From Marsupella aquatica (Eukaryota > Plantae > Marchantiophyta): DNA of 64,000 nucleotides. Made by a program: the position numbers and the translations under genes. The notes under the pieces are model-generated. The model searched no databases, was not told the DNA's origin, and was given only the letters and a program-made list of their open reading frames with translations. The DNA is taken from NCBI GenBank assembly GCA_973895155.1, contig OZ316897.1:12299832-12363831 (forward strand). The letters run 5' to 3'. This document shows positions 25,210 through 37,421 of the stretch, piece after piece (positions within the stretch are counted from its first letter, which is position 1; the number at the start of each line of letters is the position of its first letter).

Positions 25210-25799
25210 CTCGAGGATGAGCTTTAAATGCACGAATGAATGGCCACTCGAGACAACGGTTTTGCTTTTGACACGCTAGTCAGTCTGGAGCAGGGACGTA
25301 GGATCACACATCTATGGTGGGGAGAGGACTGTGGTGGAACATTGTGTGCTCGTTCGTTGCTGACTACATTATGTAGGTGTGGAACACTAGAATGGTAGAC
25401 ACCTAGAGAAAGATATTTGCCTTTGCTGCGCCGGCATTTCAGAATCCAGACTCTGGGAATTGGTGATTCAATCAGTATATGGTCCTCATATGGACATCAC
25501 TACGTATTTGCTGGTGGGCTTTCCAGAATCTAACGATGCGTGACTGTCATCGTATGGTCCCCACCCTGCCAATGTGACCATATGATTCGGACCTATCTTG
25601 CGTTTTCATGAACATTTGGGGCCATGATCTCGAGACAGAAGCACTGATAGACGCACCTATCTGGCAATTGCTTTTCGTGCGGATACTGCGGGACGGCCTA
25701 AGAACGAAATGCGTGCACCTATCCCTGCAATTAATTTTCTTACGCATTCTGCAGGACGGTGTTAGAACGAAATTCGTGCAGAGAGATGCATTCTTCGTC

Positions 25800-25921
25800 T
25801 ACAGAATCTCTTGGCGGAAAAGAGGTTTCAACTGTCTTCACGGCGGCGTTAGAACGAAATTGATGCATTCTCAGTCTACAGAATCTCTTGGCGGAATAGA
25901 GGTTTCAACTGTCTTCACGGC
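25800..25921. repeat. 45-bp direct repeat, 77 bp apart
   Basis: tacagaatctcttggcggaa(a/t)agaggtttcaactgtcttcacggc at 25800 and 25877. Confidence 0.85.
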
Positions 25922-27517
25922 TCTCCACAGTTTTGCACTGTCAGACTTTCACTCCTTGCATGCGACGCAAACGCAAAGCGTGGGAGGTGTCAAGATAAAG
26001 CCGTCCCGTCGCTGCTGCGGACTCGCATCGCGTAAGTTCCACAGTTTCCTCCGCCAATCATTTGCATTTGTCACAGTCAATTAATCGAATGATAAGGATT
26101 CACACGATTCACTTCGAGACGATCTGTCGTTAGATTGGGGGATCTTGTCGGGTACATAAAATCAGGTGGGAAAACCGAGACTACCAAGGAAAGACCGTGA
26201 CAAAACCGCTACTGTAGAGATTCGTGTTCGTAGAGGTTCAACAGAACGGGTTGCCGTCCAAATGCGGTTCTTCGTGTCACGAAACTCTAAGCCAATCGCC
26301 ATCGATTTCGTCCAGATTTAGTATTCAGATGAGATCCAACTTGGGCGCCGTCCAAAACTATAGCAATTTTTGGAGTGCTTTATGCGTGTTCCGAGAAGTG
26401 AATTCGCGCAGCCATTTTGAAGATCTCAGGATCCAAAACCAACGCAAGGTGCGAAACATCCGACCCACGGTCCACGATTTCAGTGTGAAGGTCCAATTCA
26501 CTCCAAATTGTGACTTGCTCGGAAGACCATTTAACAACTCCCCTAGTCAAAGAAATGCACTGCTATAACATTATACAATCCATATATGATGCCCTCGTTT
26601 CCTTCCTGCGAAGGCGTCGACATTTGCAAGCGAACTCTGTACTTGAATTCTAATCAGTGCACATTTGAACATTCCGGTGTGACTTAACCCGGAACAAGGA
26701 ACTCACCATTGGATGAAGAGAACGGAAAACCAAAGACATCGCACGGCAAACACTGAACCAGAAGAATCATTCTGTAGGGTTTGACAATTGTTCTTGCTGG
26801 AACAAGATGAGGTGTAGACGTGTAGACTTGAAGGTAATAATGCCTTAGATATTTAGATTGAAGCTGCCACAGACAATCGACCCTAGACTGCGGACAATCA
26901 ATTGCCTTGATGTGAGTAGAGATGTGTGGCGTGCCGCAATCTCCATATATACAACAATCGAAATCGTTATGGTAAAGAAATGTAACTCCTCGGGGAACGG
27001 TGAGATTTATTTTCTAATAAAGACTCACTGCACCACTTCACAAATAAGAAGCACTCGTGACGAAACGTTCCCCGAGGGCAAGGGCAGCGGCTTTGAAGAT
27101 GGTGGATATGCTACATGGAACAGAACATGCCCTACGTCTTTTCTTTCCAATTCCATAAACCTGATGAACACCAGAAAAAGGGTTGAGAAACATCTAGCCA
27201 AAGAGAGCAGCTAGTAACTTTTCCGTGCCTGTCTCCAATTGCACCTCTGCTGCTGCTAAATTCAGTTTTTAAGTAAGATGCCGAGATGGGATGAGGTGGG
27301 ATGGGATAAGACGGCAGGGACTAGCGCTGTTGTGGTTTTAGAGGTAAGTGTACACAATTAATGGATACAACAAGGGAAGCTCTTCAAGGTGATTAGGAGG
27401 GATGATACTCATATACACTACTCAGCGTTGCAGGGCATTTCATGACGTCAAAAGGACATACACGACATGGCAGAAGAAGGCACAGCCCCAAGACTTTTCT
27501 CATGAACGAGAGGTAGC

Positions 27518-29481
27518 TCAAAAGCGGTCGCGGAAACTGTTATAGGAAGAGCTGGTGCGCAGCACGGGGACGCGTCGGCGTCCTGACAAAGCATCCTTCA
27601 GCCGAGCCACTTGGAAAATAAGCTGGCTTATTTTCTGCGCGCCAACAAGCCCCGAAATCCCCCAAAGCACGGGAAGGGAGAAGTTAAGCGCATGCCCCAA
27701 GGAACAGCAAAACACATTCATTCACTCAGCAATTGACCCTAGTGGCTTCATTCAAATCAAATCAACTCAAGGTCATGGTTTCACACCGATATCTGTTTCT
27801 TTTGTTTGCAAAGAAAATATTGACACAGAAGTAAGCACCCAATCAGTAACGAATCCAAAGGAAACCCACATATGGGAATGAAGTCTGATCATGACGGGTA
27901 GACCTGGAGTCAGACAACCGTAATTGTGCCGACCGTTGCGGCAGACGAATCAACAGAATTCAAGAGGGTCAAGCTGTCTCCGAAACTCACTCAGGCAATG
28001 GCGAAGCGAGGAGAATTGCCCAATTACCTCCCAAATACCTCGACAAGGAGAGAGCAGAGCAGAGACAGGAGAAGAGAAGAGGACAATCCATTGAGCCCAT
28101 CTCGCTCAATTACCTTCGAAATACGTCGAAAAGAGGAAGACAGGAGAAGAGATGGGAAGACATGCCTTGGAATCCGGAAAAGCCTCAACTACCTCCCCAA
28201 TTCATCAGAAACAGACTCTTCAAGAATAAAGCCACTGGAAAGAAAGGAACGGCACATAAGAAAAGGTGTATGTACCTCGTCCTTGCGACAAAGTTGCATC
28301 CGCAGATGATTGTTCTGGCACCGCTCATGCTGCCATCGTTGACCAAGAATCACCAATCCCATCACGGCCGCAGCCAGCGCGAGAGACCAGAGAGTGTTCG
28401 CCTGTCGAGCCTCCACAAACCAAAGGGCCGCACGCCGCTTCCACCATGCCTCGCACGACGATTGATCCTCGTTCGTCCCGTCGTCCCCTAGAAGAGCGTC
28501 CGTAAGCGCGCTGTGTCTGTCATCGAGTCCCAATTTCTTGGTATGCACAACGGGCGCCTCGTGGAAGCTCTCGAAGCCCGAATCCGTCCCGAGGATCTCT
28601 CTCTCTAGCCCTGCTAATTCCTCCTCCACGACGCAACTGCTCGCTATGGCGCTCTCCTCGCCTCCCATAGAATTCTGTACAATGTCCTCCCCCAGGCCGG
28701 CACGGAAAGCTGCCACAGAGCTAACAATTGCGGCAGCAGACGGAGCCAACATGCACGATCCGAGCAGAGGGCCCGCAGTTTCCCTATAATCCGACTCCGC
28801 TGACGGCTTTTTCTCACATCCCATATCGTATATCATACAACTGTTGCTCGCTACATCGCTCTCCTCGCGCATTAGATTGCTGCTAGTGTTGGGCGTCGTC
28901 GGCTCTATCCAATCCATCTCGGGTGAATAATTCTCCACTGCGCCGGATGCCCCCTCCTCGTCCTCCTGCTTTCCATAACTCGTATTGGCCTCCGCTGCCG
29001 CTCCTGCCGCTCCTGCCGCTGCCGTTAAGTGTGATTCTTCAACATCCATGTCTACAAATCGGTTTTCGTCAATATTATTGCTATCGTTGTTAAGATTGCC
29101 ATCTAAGTCCTCGTCCGACTCCATCGGCAGAACATCGTTCAGGCGGCCCTCCTCCTCGTCCGAACTACCGGGAACGGTTGCACTCTGGCCCTCGCTTCCG
29201 AGAAATTGGTCCAGCATGGGGCTTCTCGTGGTATGATCACCCGCGGAGCCGAAATGGTTCGACAAAAAGTTCGCTTGCGGCCCTCCTGCTGCATCTATTA
29301 TTCCGCTACCAGCCGACCTGCCACTACCCGTTGCCCCTGCTTCCATCGCCGACGTACAAACCTCGCACGCACAAAGGTTTCCCCCTGTGGACCCCGTCAT
29401 CGACAGCGTCGTGAGAGACACCACTTCCCAATCCTGTGTGCGCCCTGCGCTCTCATCGCTGTCGCTACTAGCGTCCGTCAT
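27518..29481 (-). CDS. ATI1: ATG8-interacting protein (ATI1/ATI2 family); exons 29481-28276 and 27634-27518; about 440 aa
   Basis: N-terminal AIM 'DWEVVSLT', long acidic linker, family-typical 'CEAWWKRRAA...ANTLWSLALAAAVMGLVILGQRWQHER' transmembrane region. A phase-0 GT-AG intron joins RKDE to KISQLIFQVARLKDAL. Confidence 0.85.
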
Positions 29482-31485
29482 GTTTGCCAAGAAGGTGTCC
29501 AAGTACTTTATCAAATCTTCTTTCAACCCTTTTATGCACAATTCACAGCGATTTCGTCAAATTGAGCGGTTCCTCCTCCTTCTCCCTCGTCCCTCCTCTC
29601 CCTGCAAAATCCATACCATCACACCAACATCACAACCGGAAACACCTGAACAGCAACATAGACGGAGAGAGGGAAGAAGAGAGAGAGGCAGACAGACAGA
29701 TTGAAAGCGGTCTGCGATTCGCACCGGGCTCTCTATCCGTCCTCCTCCTCCCTCCTCAACCGAATCGGCGGCTCGCTGCCGTTGCTTCCTTCGCATCCAG
29801 CTCAGCTTTCGTCCCAACACCCCCAAAACCAAATCAGACCAGAAGGGAACAACGCTCGCTCCAAATCCGAAAACCCAAGTCCTCACTTTGGAGACTGTGC
29901 CCAACAGATTGACCGCTCCTCCTCTCCTTTCAGTTCGATGGTTTTGTTTTGATCCCAGTTTTCCTACCGAAGGACCAACATCCTCAAATTGGACACGCAA
30001 CCACGCAAGCCGTTCCCGACCTCTCCTCGCCCTCGCTCCCGCCCTCCATCGCCAGGGCCGTCTTCTCGTCCTCCCTTGGACCTCAAGCTATCTCTTTCGC
30101 TCGATTTTCTTTCCTCCCCCCGCTTTTCGCTCGTCCTCGCGCTCGCTCGCTCTCTTGCAACATCATCATTCTTCTTTCCAATAATCTTCCAATGCGATCA
30201 TGTCGCGCCGTCGCTTCTTCGCCTCCCCCTGGTGCGCCCCCGACCCCGACCCCCACCCCCCGCCCCCCTGGCCGGCACCCCCCCCCCCCCGCCTCTACAG
30301 TACCCCAGCGCGCGCTCTCCGGCCTGCGGGTAATATTGTTGGCTCAATTGGGCTTTTTTAATAAAAAAGTTTTTTAAGAGATTTATTAGGGTCTCAGAAA
30401 TAGCTGAGAAGTAATCGCCCACATAAAAGTATGCAGCTTTTAAGTACTTTGTCAGTAAAAAATACTGTCATGGTTTTTTTGTTTGTTTGTAAAACTGCCA
30501 TGGTTTAGTATATGGATGACAAGTCCACTAAGGTAACCAGGGAAGCCATATACTCAAACCATGACATGTTTGTAAATACAAAAAAATTGTGACAATATTG
30601 TAAAGTGGCAATGTGCTTAAAAGCTGTAAAAGCAGATCATACCTGAAAATTAGTATGTGAAAAGGCAGTCGATAAGTGTAAGTGATACCAATGTATGTTA
30701 ATATTTTCCTAGGAGGCAAACTGTGATAGCCAAACCCCATGTTTGAGACACAGTATTAAATTGTTGCAAAATGATTGCAAATGATTTATAGTTGTCTCTG
30801 GGAGTGCGTACTCCAGGGTAGAAACATCTGATGTGCACTAAACGAGATTTACACTTGGTGATCAGTGCAGAAACGTAGAATTGTACATTTATGGAGAAGG
30901 GTGTATGGTTTACATATCTCTGTTAAGTGTGCCATTATTCAGACACCCTGAATTGTATATTGCTGCACTAAATTTGGTCCTCTACCCTAGAAATGCAACC
31001 CTTACGCTACATGCACTTATCAGTGAGTGAATGCCTTACCTATAAGTGTTTATGTATACTTATCAAGGAACCAGTTGTTCCTCAAAGCTTGGCGAGGGGG
31101 TTCCTAGTCTCATAATCCATAGCCGCCTTTGTCAATTCTCTGAATTTCAAAATCTAGGTGCAAAGGGGGTGGACGGTTATGTATATGGTAATGGTCCTGT
31201 GGTGGGCCATTAGGCATATACTGCCTCACCTATGCCCCCCATTACAGGACCATCTGGCACAGACTAGAAACAGCAGTACCACCATCTGACACACAATCTG
31301 ACTGCATTGCCCTTGCACATTCAAAAACATTATGACCAGATGAATGTCTCAAACCATATACTTACCATTGGAAATATAGTGGTGATGTGGTAGATCTTGA
31401 TTGGCCCAAATACTTCTTTAGTCAACCACTTCCCTTATTAACTTCTTTAGTCAACCACTTCCCTTATTAAGGCTTGCTAAGCATG

Positions 31486-31570
31486 CATGGCATGGGAGGG
31501 GTTATGAGCTGTAAACCTCTTGGGCTCACCGCCATCAGGGGTTACAGCTCATAATCCCTCCCACGCCATG
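31486..31570. repeat. Near-perfect hairpin, arms about 32 bp
   Basis: Left arm catggcatgggaggggttatgagctgtaa pairs with right arm ttacagctcataatccctcccacgccatg. A 29-bp tandem duplication precedes it at 31412-31469. Confidence 0.85.
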
Positions 31571-33001
31571 GGTTACATGGGTTACTATACACCTAATCCT
31601 CAACCAGCCTTGCTTAGTGCCAAATTTCAAATTTTTCATATGCAGTAATCCTCTAGCCAGCTTGGCTAGGGGTTTCCAAGTCTCAAAATCCTCGGCACAT
31701 CCTCTCCCAGTCAGAAATTGTCATGTGAAAAAGGCACAGCTAACCGATGAGGCTTTTCGCCACTTTTGCTAGGAATGATGATGACCTCGGTCCATTTGCG
31801 GTATTTTTTTTTAGTTCCTCTCTTTTGGTTTTAGAGGTTTCCTTTTGCTCACTTTGTTTGCGTTTGGTTTTATCCACTTGGGACCTCTTCTGTTTATTCT
31901 TTTGTACTCTGTTTGGCCCTTTTTCTGTAAAAAGTTTGTTTTCTCGCATAACCGATGGGGTTATGGATTGTAGAACTCAAGTAACAGTATTCTAATAACA
32001 GTTGAGCAACAATACATTTGGTCACTCTATGTTTGATAATGTGTGGTTTCTTGGGGGCAACGAGATGTAACACTCATGAGCTAACCACCCTCTGGGAGTA
32101 CTGTCCATAACCCCCTCTAGGCCATGGATTACCATTGGCGTAACTTACCCAAAAGAACACAACCCTTCCCCCATACTAGTTTGGGGTAGCCCACTAAGGT
32201 TACATCTCATATCCTCCAAGGAATCACAATATTCCTAGAATGACATTAACCCCCTGAATGTATTGTTGCTATTTTCATTAGAAAACTTTCAGTTACTAGT
32301 TGAGCTGGGCTGGGCTAGCCTGTCACGTTTTGTAGAACTGTCCTGAGGGGGTTACAAAGTCTAATCCTTGAGAGCTGTTGGGCCACTGGGATTACATCTC
32401 ATAACCCCCAAGGAATCATAGATTATTACATATAGACCCCCAAATTTCACTCGAGTTTTCCCAGGAGTTTTCTCATTTTGTATAGCATAACCTGTGCGAG
32501 AACCTATGGTCCCGAGGGGCTAGCAGATTGTAGTCCCCAGTTGGCCCACAGTAATATATCAAAACTCCCAATTAATCTTATATTATTAGATGTAGACCAC
32601 CCCCCCCCCCCCCCCAAATGCATTGTTGCTCCTGAGCTAGAGTAGCCTCTCCTCATTTTGTGTAGTATAATATTTTCTGAGGGGGTCACAGATTGTAATC
32701 CCCAAGAGGGGTTATACCTCATTTCCCCCTAAGAAATTATAGATTATTAGAATAGAATTAGACATAGACCCCAAATGTATTGTTGCCCTATTTGTATTGG
32801 AGAACTTTCAGCTGAGTCAAGTTAATCAGAGGGTTCCGGTTAGAAAGAATTACACCAGGAGTTTACGATCCTGCCACTGCCCCACCAGACTTCCTTTCTA
32901 AGTTGGGTTCTTATCCATAGCCCACATTCACAATAATTTGATCAATACGGTGGCAGAATTGACACCACTGTTTAGGGACCTGTTAGGCCGTGAATCAAGA
33001 A

Positions 33002-33707
33002 CTATAATACAAGGTTGCGCCTTTTTATGCAGTGGTCATCATTTGAATTTGAAGGGCACAAAAATCAAAGAATCTGACAAACAGAAGGAATGAACCAAAA
33101 TTGAATAATGTTTAGTGTGAAGTAAAGAGTGCACGTTTTCCAATCAAGAAATAAAGGGGAATGTCAGGAATACCAATGCACAATAATCAAATACTTTCTG
33201 GACATATAAGTATAGTACTATCAATGCATAGGAAACCATCCATGCATAGACATAGTACTTTCCATACCTAGACATTCATATCAAGTACCCCCATGATAAT
33301 CTATGTCAGTTACAAATTAACTCCTATAATACACACTTGCGCCACTTTTTGAAGTGGTCTGTCATTCAAAATTTACATTTCCAAGCCAAGTGAAAGAAAT
33401 CAAATATGCAAAGCAAAGCTTAAGAGAACAAATAAAAATAAACCCACAGCAAAATATGAAGGGAGCAGAATATTTCTTGATATTCCTCATCACTTTAGCA
33501 GGTAAAGTACTTCCTTTTGATGCCATCATAGTATTCAAAAATACACTCTTTTATCTAATCCCTCCCAGGCCATTGTCTTATTTGTATTGACCCTATCTCA
33601 ATGTACACCTGATGTGCATGCAATGCAAGGAAAGTGTATACATCCATTCACCGTGGTACTCATATGAATGAAATCATGTTATAAAAACAAATATACTTGG
33701 CAAAATT

Positions 33708-33750
<43 letters not shown>

Positions 33751-35366
33751 GATGAGATAACAAGGTGTTGGGGGCCAAACCACTCTTGGCTGGGGTGACA
33801 GGGTTTTGGGACACATATATAAAGGGGGGACAACCACATTTGACAACATCAAAAACTATAATAAGGTGTTGTGCCTTTTTTTTTGCCATGGTCGTCATTT
33901 GAATTACAGGCCAATTTGGGTGTAAGAAATTCAGTATGGAAAAAAACCAAAGCAATAGAGACCAAAAATGGCCCTCACACCAGCTCCTGAGGTCAACTTC
34001 CATCTGATTGCGGCAAAAGCACCGAGCGGAGGCAAGTAAAATGTTGTGCGGCCAGCCTCTACTACGAGTGGGGCGACCACCCTACCGCCTTGCTCTGCAT
34101 GCCAACCGTAGACTGCCGCATTCTTGCGGTCAACCTCCCACCACCCTCCTTCCCCAACCCAATTACCCGGGGCAGCCCTGCCTCGCCCCACTCTCCCCCT
34201 CTTCCCTTCTCCCCTGCCCGACTCTTTTTAACGACATATTTTTACTTGACATCTTCTTAACGATATCTGTCACATAACAACTTCTTTGGTGACACAACTT
34301 CTTTGTTTTAATGACATCTTCTTACTTGATGACATCGTTTACATAAAGACCTCTTTGGCGACACAACTTCTTTTTTTAATGACATCTTTTACATAACAAG
34401 ATCATTGGCAACACGACCCTGGACACGACCTCTATTTTCTTAACGATATCTTGGGACGACACGACCGGGAACACGACATCTTTTGTCTTAAGGACATCTT
34501 GGCCGACACGACATCTTTTGTGCAACGCACGAGTATTGAGCTATAATACACTATTGCACCAGAAAATGGCGTGACCATCATTTGAATTTAACATGATGTT
34601 TTGGGTGGGAAGTACCAAAACTGTAAAAAGAAAGGAATAAATCTGGAAAAACTGTCCTCCACTTCTCTCCCCGCCAACCCTCTCCTCTTGGCCCTCAATG
34701 CACAGTGGTGCAACCACGTGTCGCTCTCCTCTCCCCCCCTCCCCGTCGTGCTGCCCTCTTCGGTCTGCTCCTCTCTCCCTCCAAACTCCAAGTACTCTAA
34801 GGAGACAAAGATAACAAAACCTCCAACCCTTAACATCTTAGCTCGCATCTTAGGCACCTCAACATCTTTTTACTTTGTGCCATCTTTGACATAACACCAT
34901 TGTTTTACTTGACAACATCTTTGGCATCATGACATCTTTCTACTTCACGACATTTTACATGATACAACATCTTTTGCGCCATGGTATTTTTTTTAATTTC
35001 TGACATCTTTTTACTTCACTACATCTTTGGCACCACGACATCTTTTTACTTCACAACATCTTTGACATAACATCATCTTTGGCGCCATGACATATTTATA
35101 CTCGATGACATTTATTTACTTGATGACATCTTTCACATAACGACATCTTTGGTGACAAAACCTCTTTATTCTTAACAAAAAAAAAAATCTTGGCCACATC
35201 TTTCACATAACGACATCTTGGGTTACACGACATCTTTTTTCTTATCAACATCTTCACATAACAACATCTTGGGCATAACGACTTCTTTTTTCTTATCGAC
35301 ATCTTGATCGACACGACATCTTGGCCGACACGACATCTTTTGTGCAACGCACGGGTATTGAGCTCG
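33002..35366 (+). mobile_element. Cluster of non-autonomous Helitron-like elements, including a head-to-tail pair (33856-34542 and 34541-35366)
   Basis: Four related 5'-type heads 'ctataata...ttgYgcc...catttgaattt' at 33002, 33324, 33856 and 34541. Two tails carry the GTGC-AAC-GCAC hairpin followed by 'g(a/g)gtattgagct' (34520-34542, 35342-35364). Internal arrays of gacatctt. Confidence 0.65.
33712..33747. repeat. (AT)n microsatellite
   Basis: Read directly. Confidence 0.97.
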
Positions 35367-35720
35367 TTGGTATATAATGACTTGCTGCTTCCTGAGTGCA
35401 TGAGTGCCACACCCTCGGTCCTGCCCTTGTGGTGCCCGAGCTCATCCTCCCTCTCATTAGAAGGTTTCGCTCCCAATAGACGAATTGTAGAAAAAGTTCA
35501 GAGTTGTGGAGTGTGTAATGATCCTCCTATGCTGACGATGATAGTGACTAAGTGTAGCGCCAGCATGCCTCGTCCAAATTACAAGTTTATCCGGTCTAAG
35601 GATGTTTTAACTTAAATGTAACCAATATTAGAAGGGCGCCATTTGATTGGATCTTTTGTTTGAACTATTAAATTTTGTTTAATTGTTCAATTAATTTATT
35701 CACATTTTTGTTTGATGATA

Positions 35721-35976
35721 AAGCTCTGGTTGTATTGCTTCAGGATTTTTAAACGGCTCTTTAATTACCCCTGTCATTTGGAATATGGGAAGACAAATGG
35801 CCCCTTTTATCCACTTTGTTATTTTCACAAGAGTATTTTGACAAACTATGGAAGCTCTGGTGCTTAGGTTATTTTAAACGGCTCTTTAATTACCCCTGTC
35901 ATTTGGAATATGGGAAGACAAATTGCCCCTTTTATCCACTTTGTTATTTTCACAAGAGAATTGTGACAAACTATGG
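35721..35976. repeat. Tandem duplication, unit about 128 bp
   Basis: ttttaaacggctctttaattacccctgtcatttggaatatgggaagacaaat...tgacaaactatgg occurs twice. Confidence 0.92.
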
Positions 35977-37421
35977 TACTAAACTAGTATTACCAAGTCT
36001 TGAGGAGTGACAATGGTGGTTTAAGACAGGCTATTTTGACACGTCCTCATGCATGAATGGCAATTGTCTAGTCATTAGGATAATTTCAGTGACACAACAC
36101 AAAATAGAGTAAAGCTTGGTCAGAGTGTGGCCCTTAGCAGGAGCAGCATGTGGATCCACTTTTGAAACCCCCCTTGCTCAGGTAGCTGGGGCGGCACCTC
36201 AATGTCACAGCCTGTTGCCTTCCTTACCATCTGTTGCCATACCTCTCATAGGCCATCGTTGCTGCCGTCCACCACCGTTCGCCCCATCTGTTGCCATCCC
36301 TCTTATATTTGTCATTGCTGACGGCTGCCACTGTAAACCCTTGTGTTCATTTGTCCTTGTATTTCCATGGATGGTTATGAGCCTATACCCCCCCCCCCCC
36401 CCTGCTAGCTTGGCCTGGGTTTATGAGATTTTGGTCCCCTTGGATATTCCACTTGGAGGGTTATCCAATTTCAAGTCCATTGTGGAGGTAAGAGATAGAG
36501 TAAACCTACACTCAAGGCTTACATTGGTTAATCCATGATCACTCGGGGCCATAGCTATAACCCCCTGGGCTCACCCCCCACCCCCCCCCCCCCCCTCAAG
36601 GATTACACCCATAACCCCCTTGGAGCCATGGGTTACCCTACACTTCCTGCCGCCTGTTCCTTATCCCGTGTCTCTTGCCATCTGGTACCCTCCAAGTTCG
36701 ACATTCGAACTGGGAAACAGAGAACTGCCGCGCATACAGAGTTCTCGACGGCAGAACCACCGGATGGAGAATGGACGGAATAATGGACGGCAACTATGAC
36801 TGAAAGTGTTGGAGGGATGGATGAAATGAGAAGAGGGGGTGGACGCTTACTGGGCAAGGTTCCATGGAGTCAGGGATGGTGAAGGGAAAGACAAGGATGT
36901 GCCCAAGGTTCTTGTCGTTTCCACTTTTGACGAGGAAACGAGAATGGAATCGAGAAGAGTCTGAGATTGAACTCCAATTCAAGGTCGAGTCGCAATTTGT
37001 CGCTTTGTGGTTTTCATTGAAAAACGACCGCAGAAATCCGCCCGACCAGGAAATTGTGAGGAAGCCCAGAGAGAGGAAGGAAGCGCAGTAGCAAATTGGT
37101 TTGTTCCGAGAGGTGTGACGGAAGAGTGACAATGTTTGTGGCTGATTTAAGTAAGCCATGGATGTGAGCGTGGGAGAGATTGCGGTGCTGACCTATTTCG
37201 AGCGGACAGCTACAGATTCAATTTTCTTACTTCGGAGGATGATTCTTTAGTAGGATTCAACTGAGAGGGGCCGCGGATTGGAAACAAGAAGAATTGACGG
37301 TCGATTTTCGGCGTGGAGGGTTTTGGAGAAGAAAGGTCATCCTTGAGAAGTAAAATCTGCCAACCTGGGTCCGGAAAGGGTTTCAGAAAGTGGTCCCGTT
37401 GCTCAAGAAGTGCCGGAAGAG

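Noticed and set aside
29387-30377. Several overlapping Pro/Ser/Arg-rich ORFs
   Set aside because: By-products of the GC- and CT-rich 5' region of the ATI gene.
34230-35345. gacatctt repeats with variable spacing as a CRISPR-like or coding repeat
   Set aside because: Short, degenerate and irregular; better explained as the interior of Helitron-like elements.
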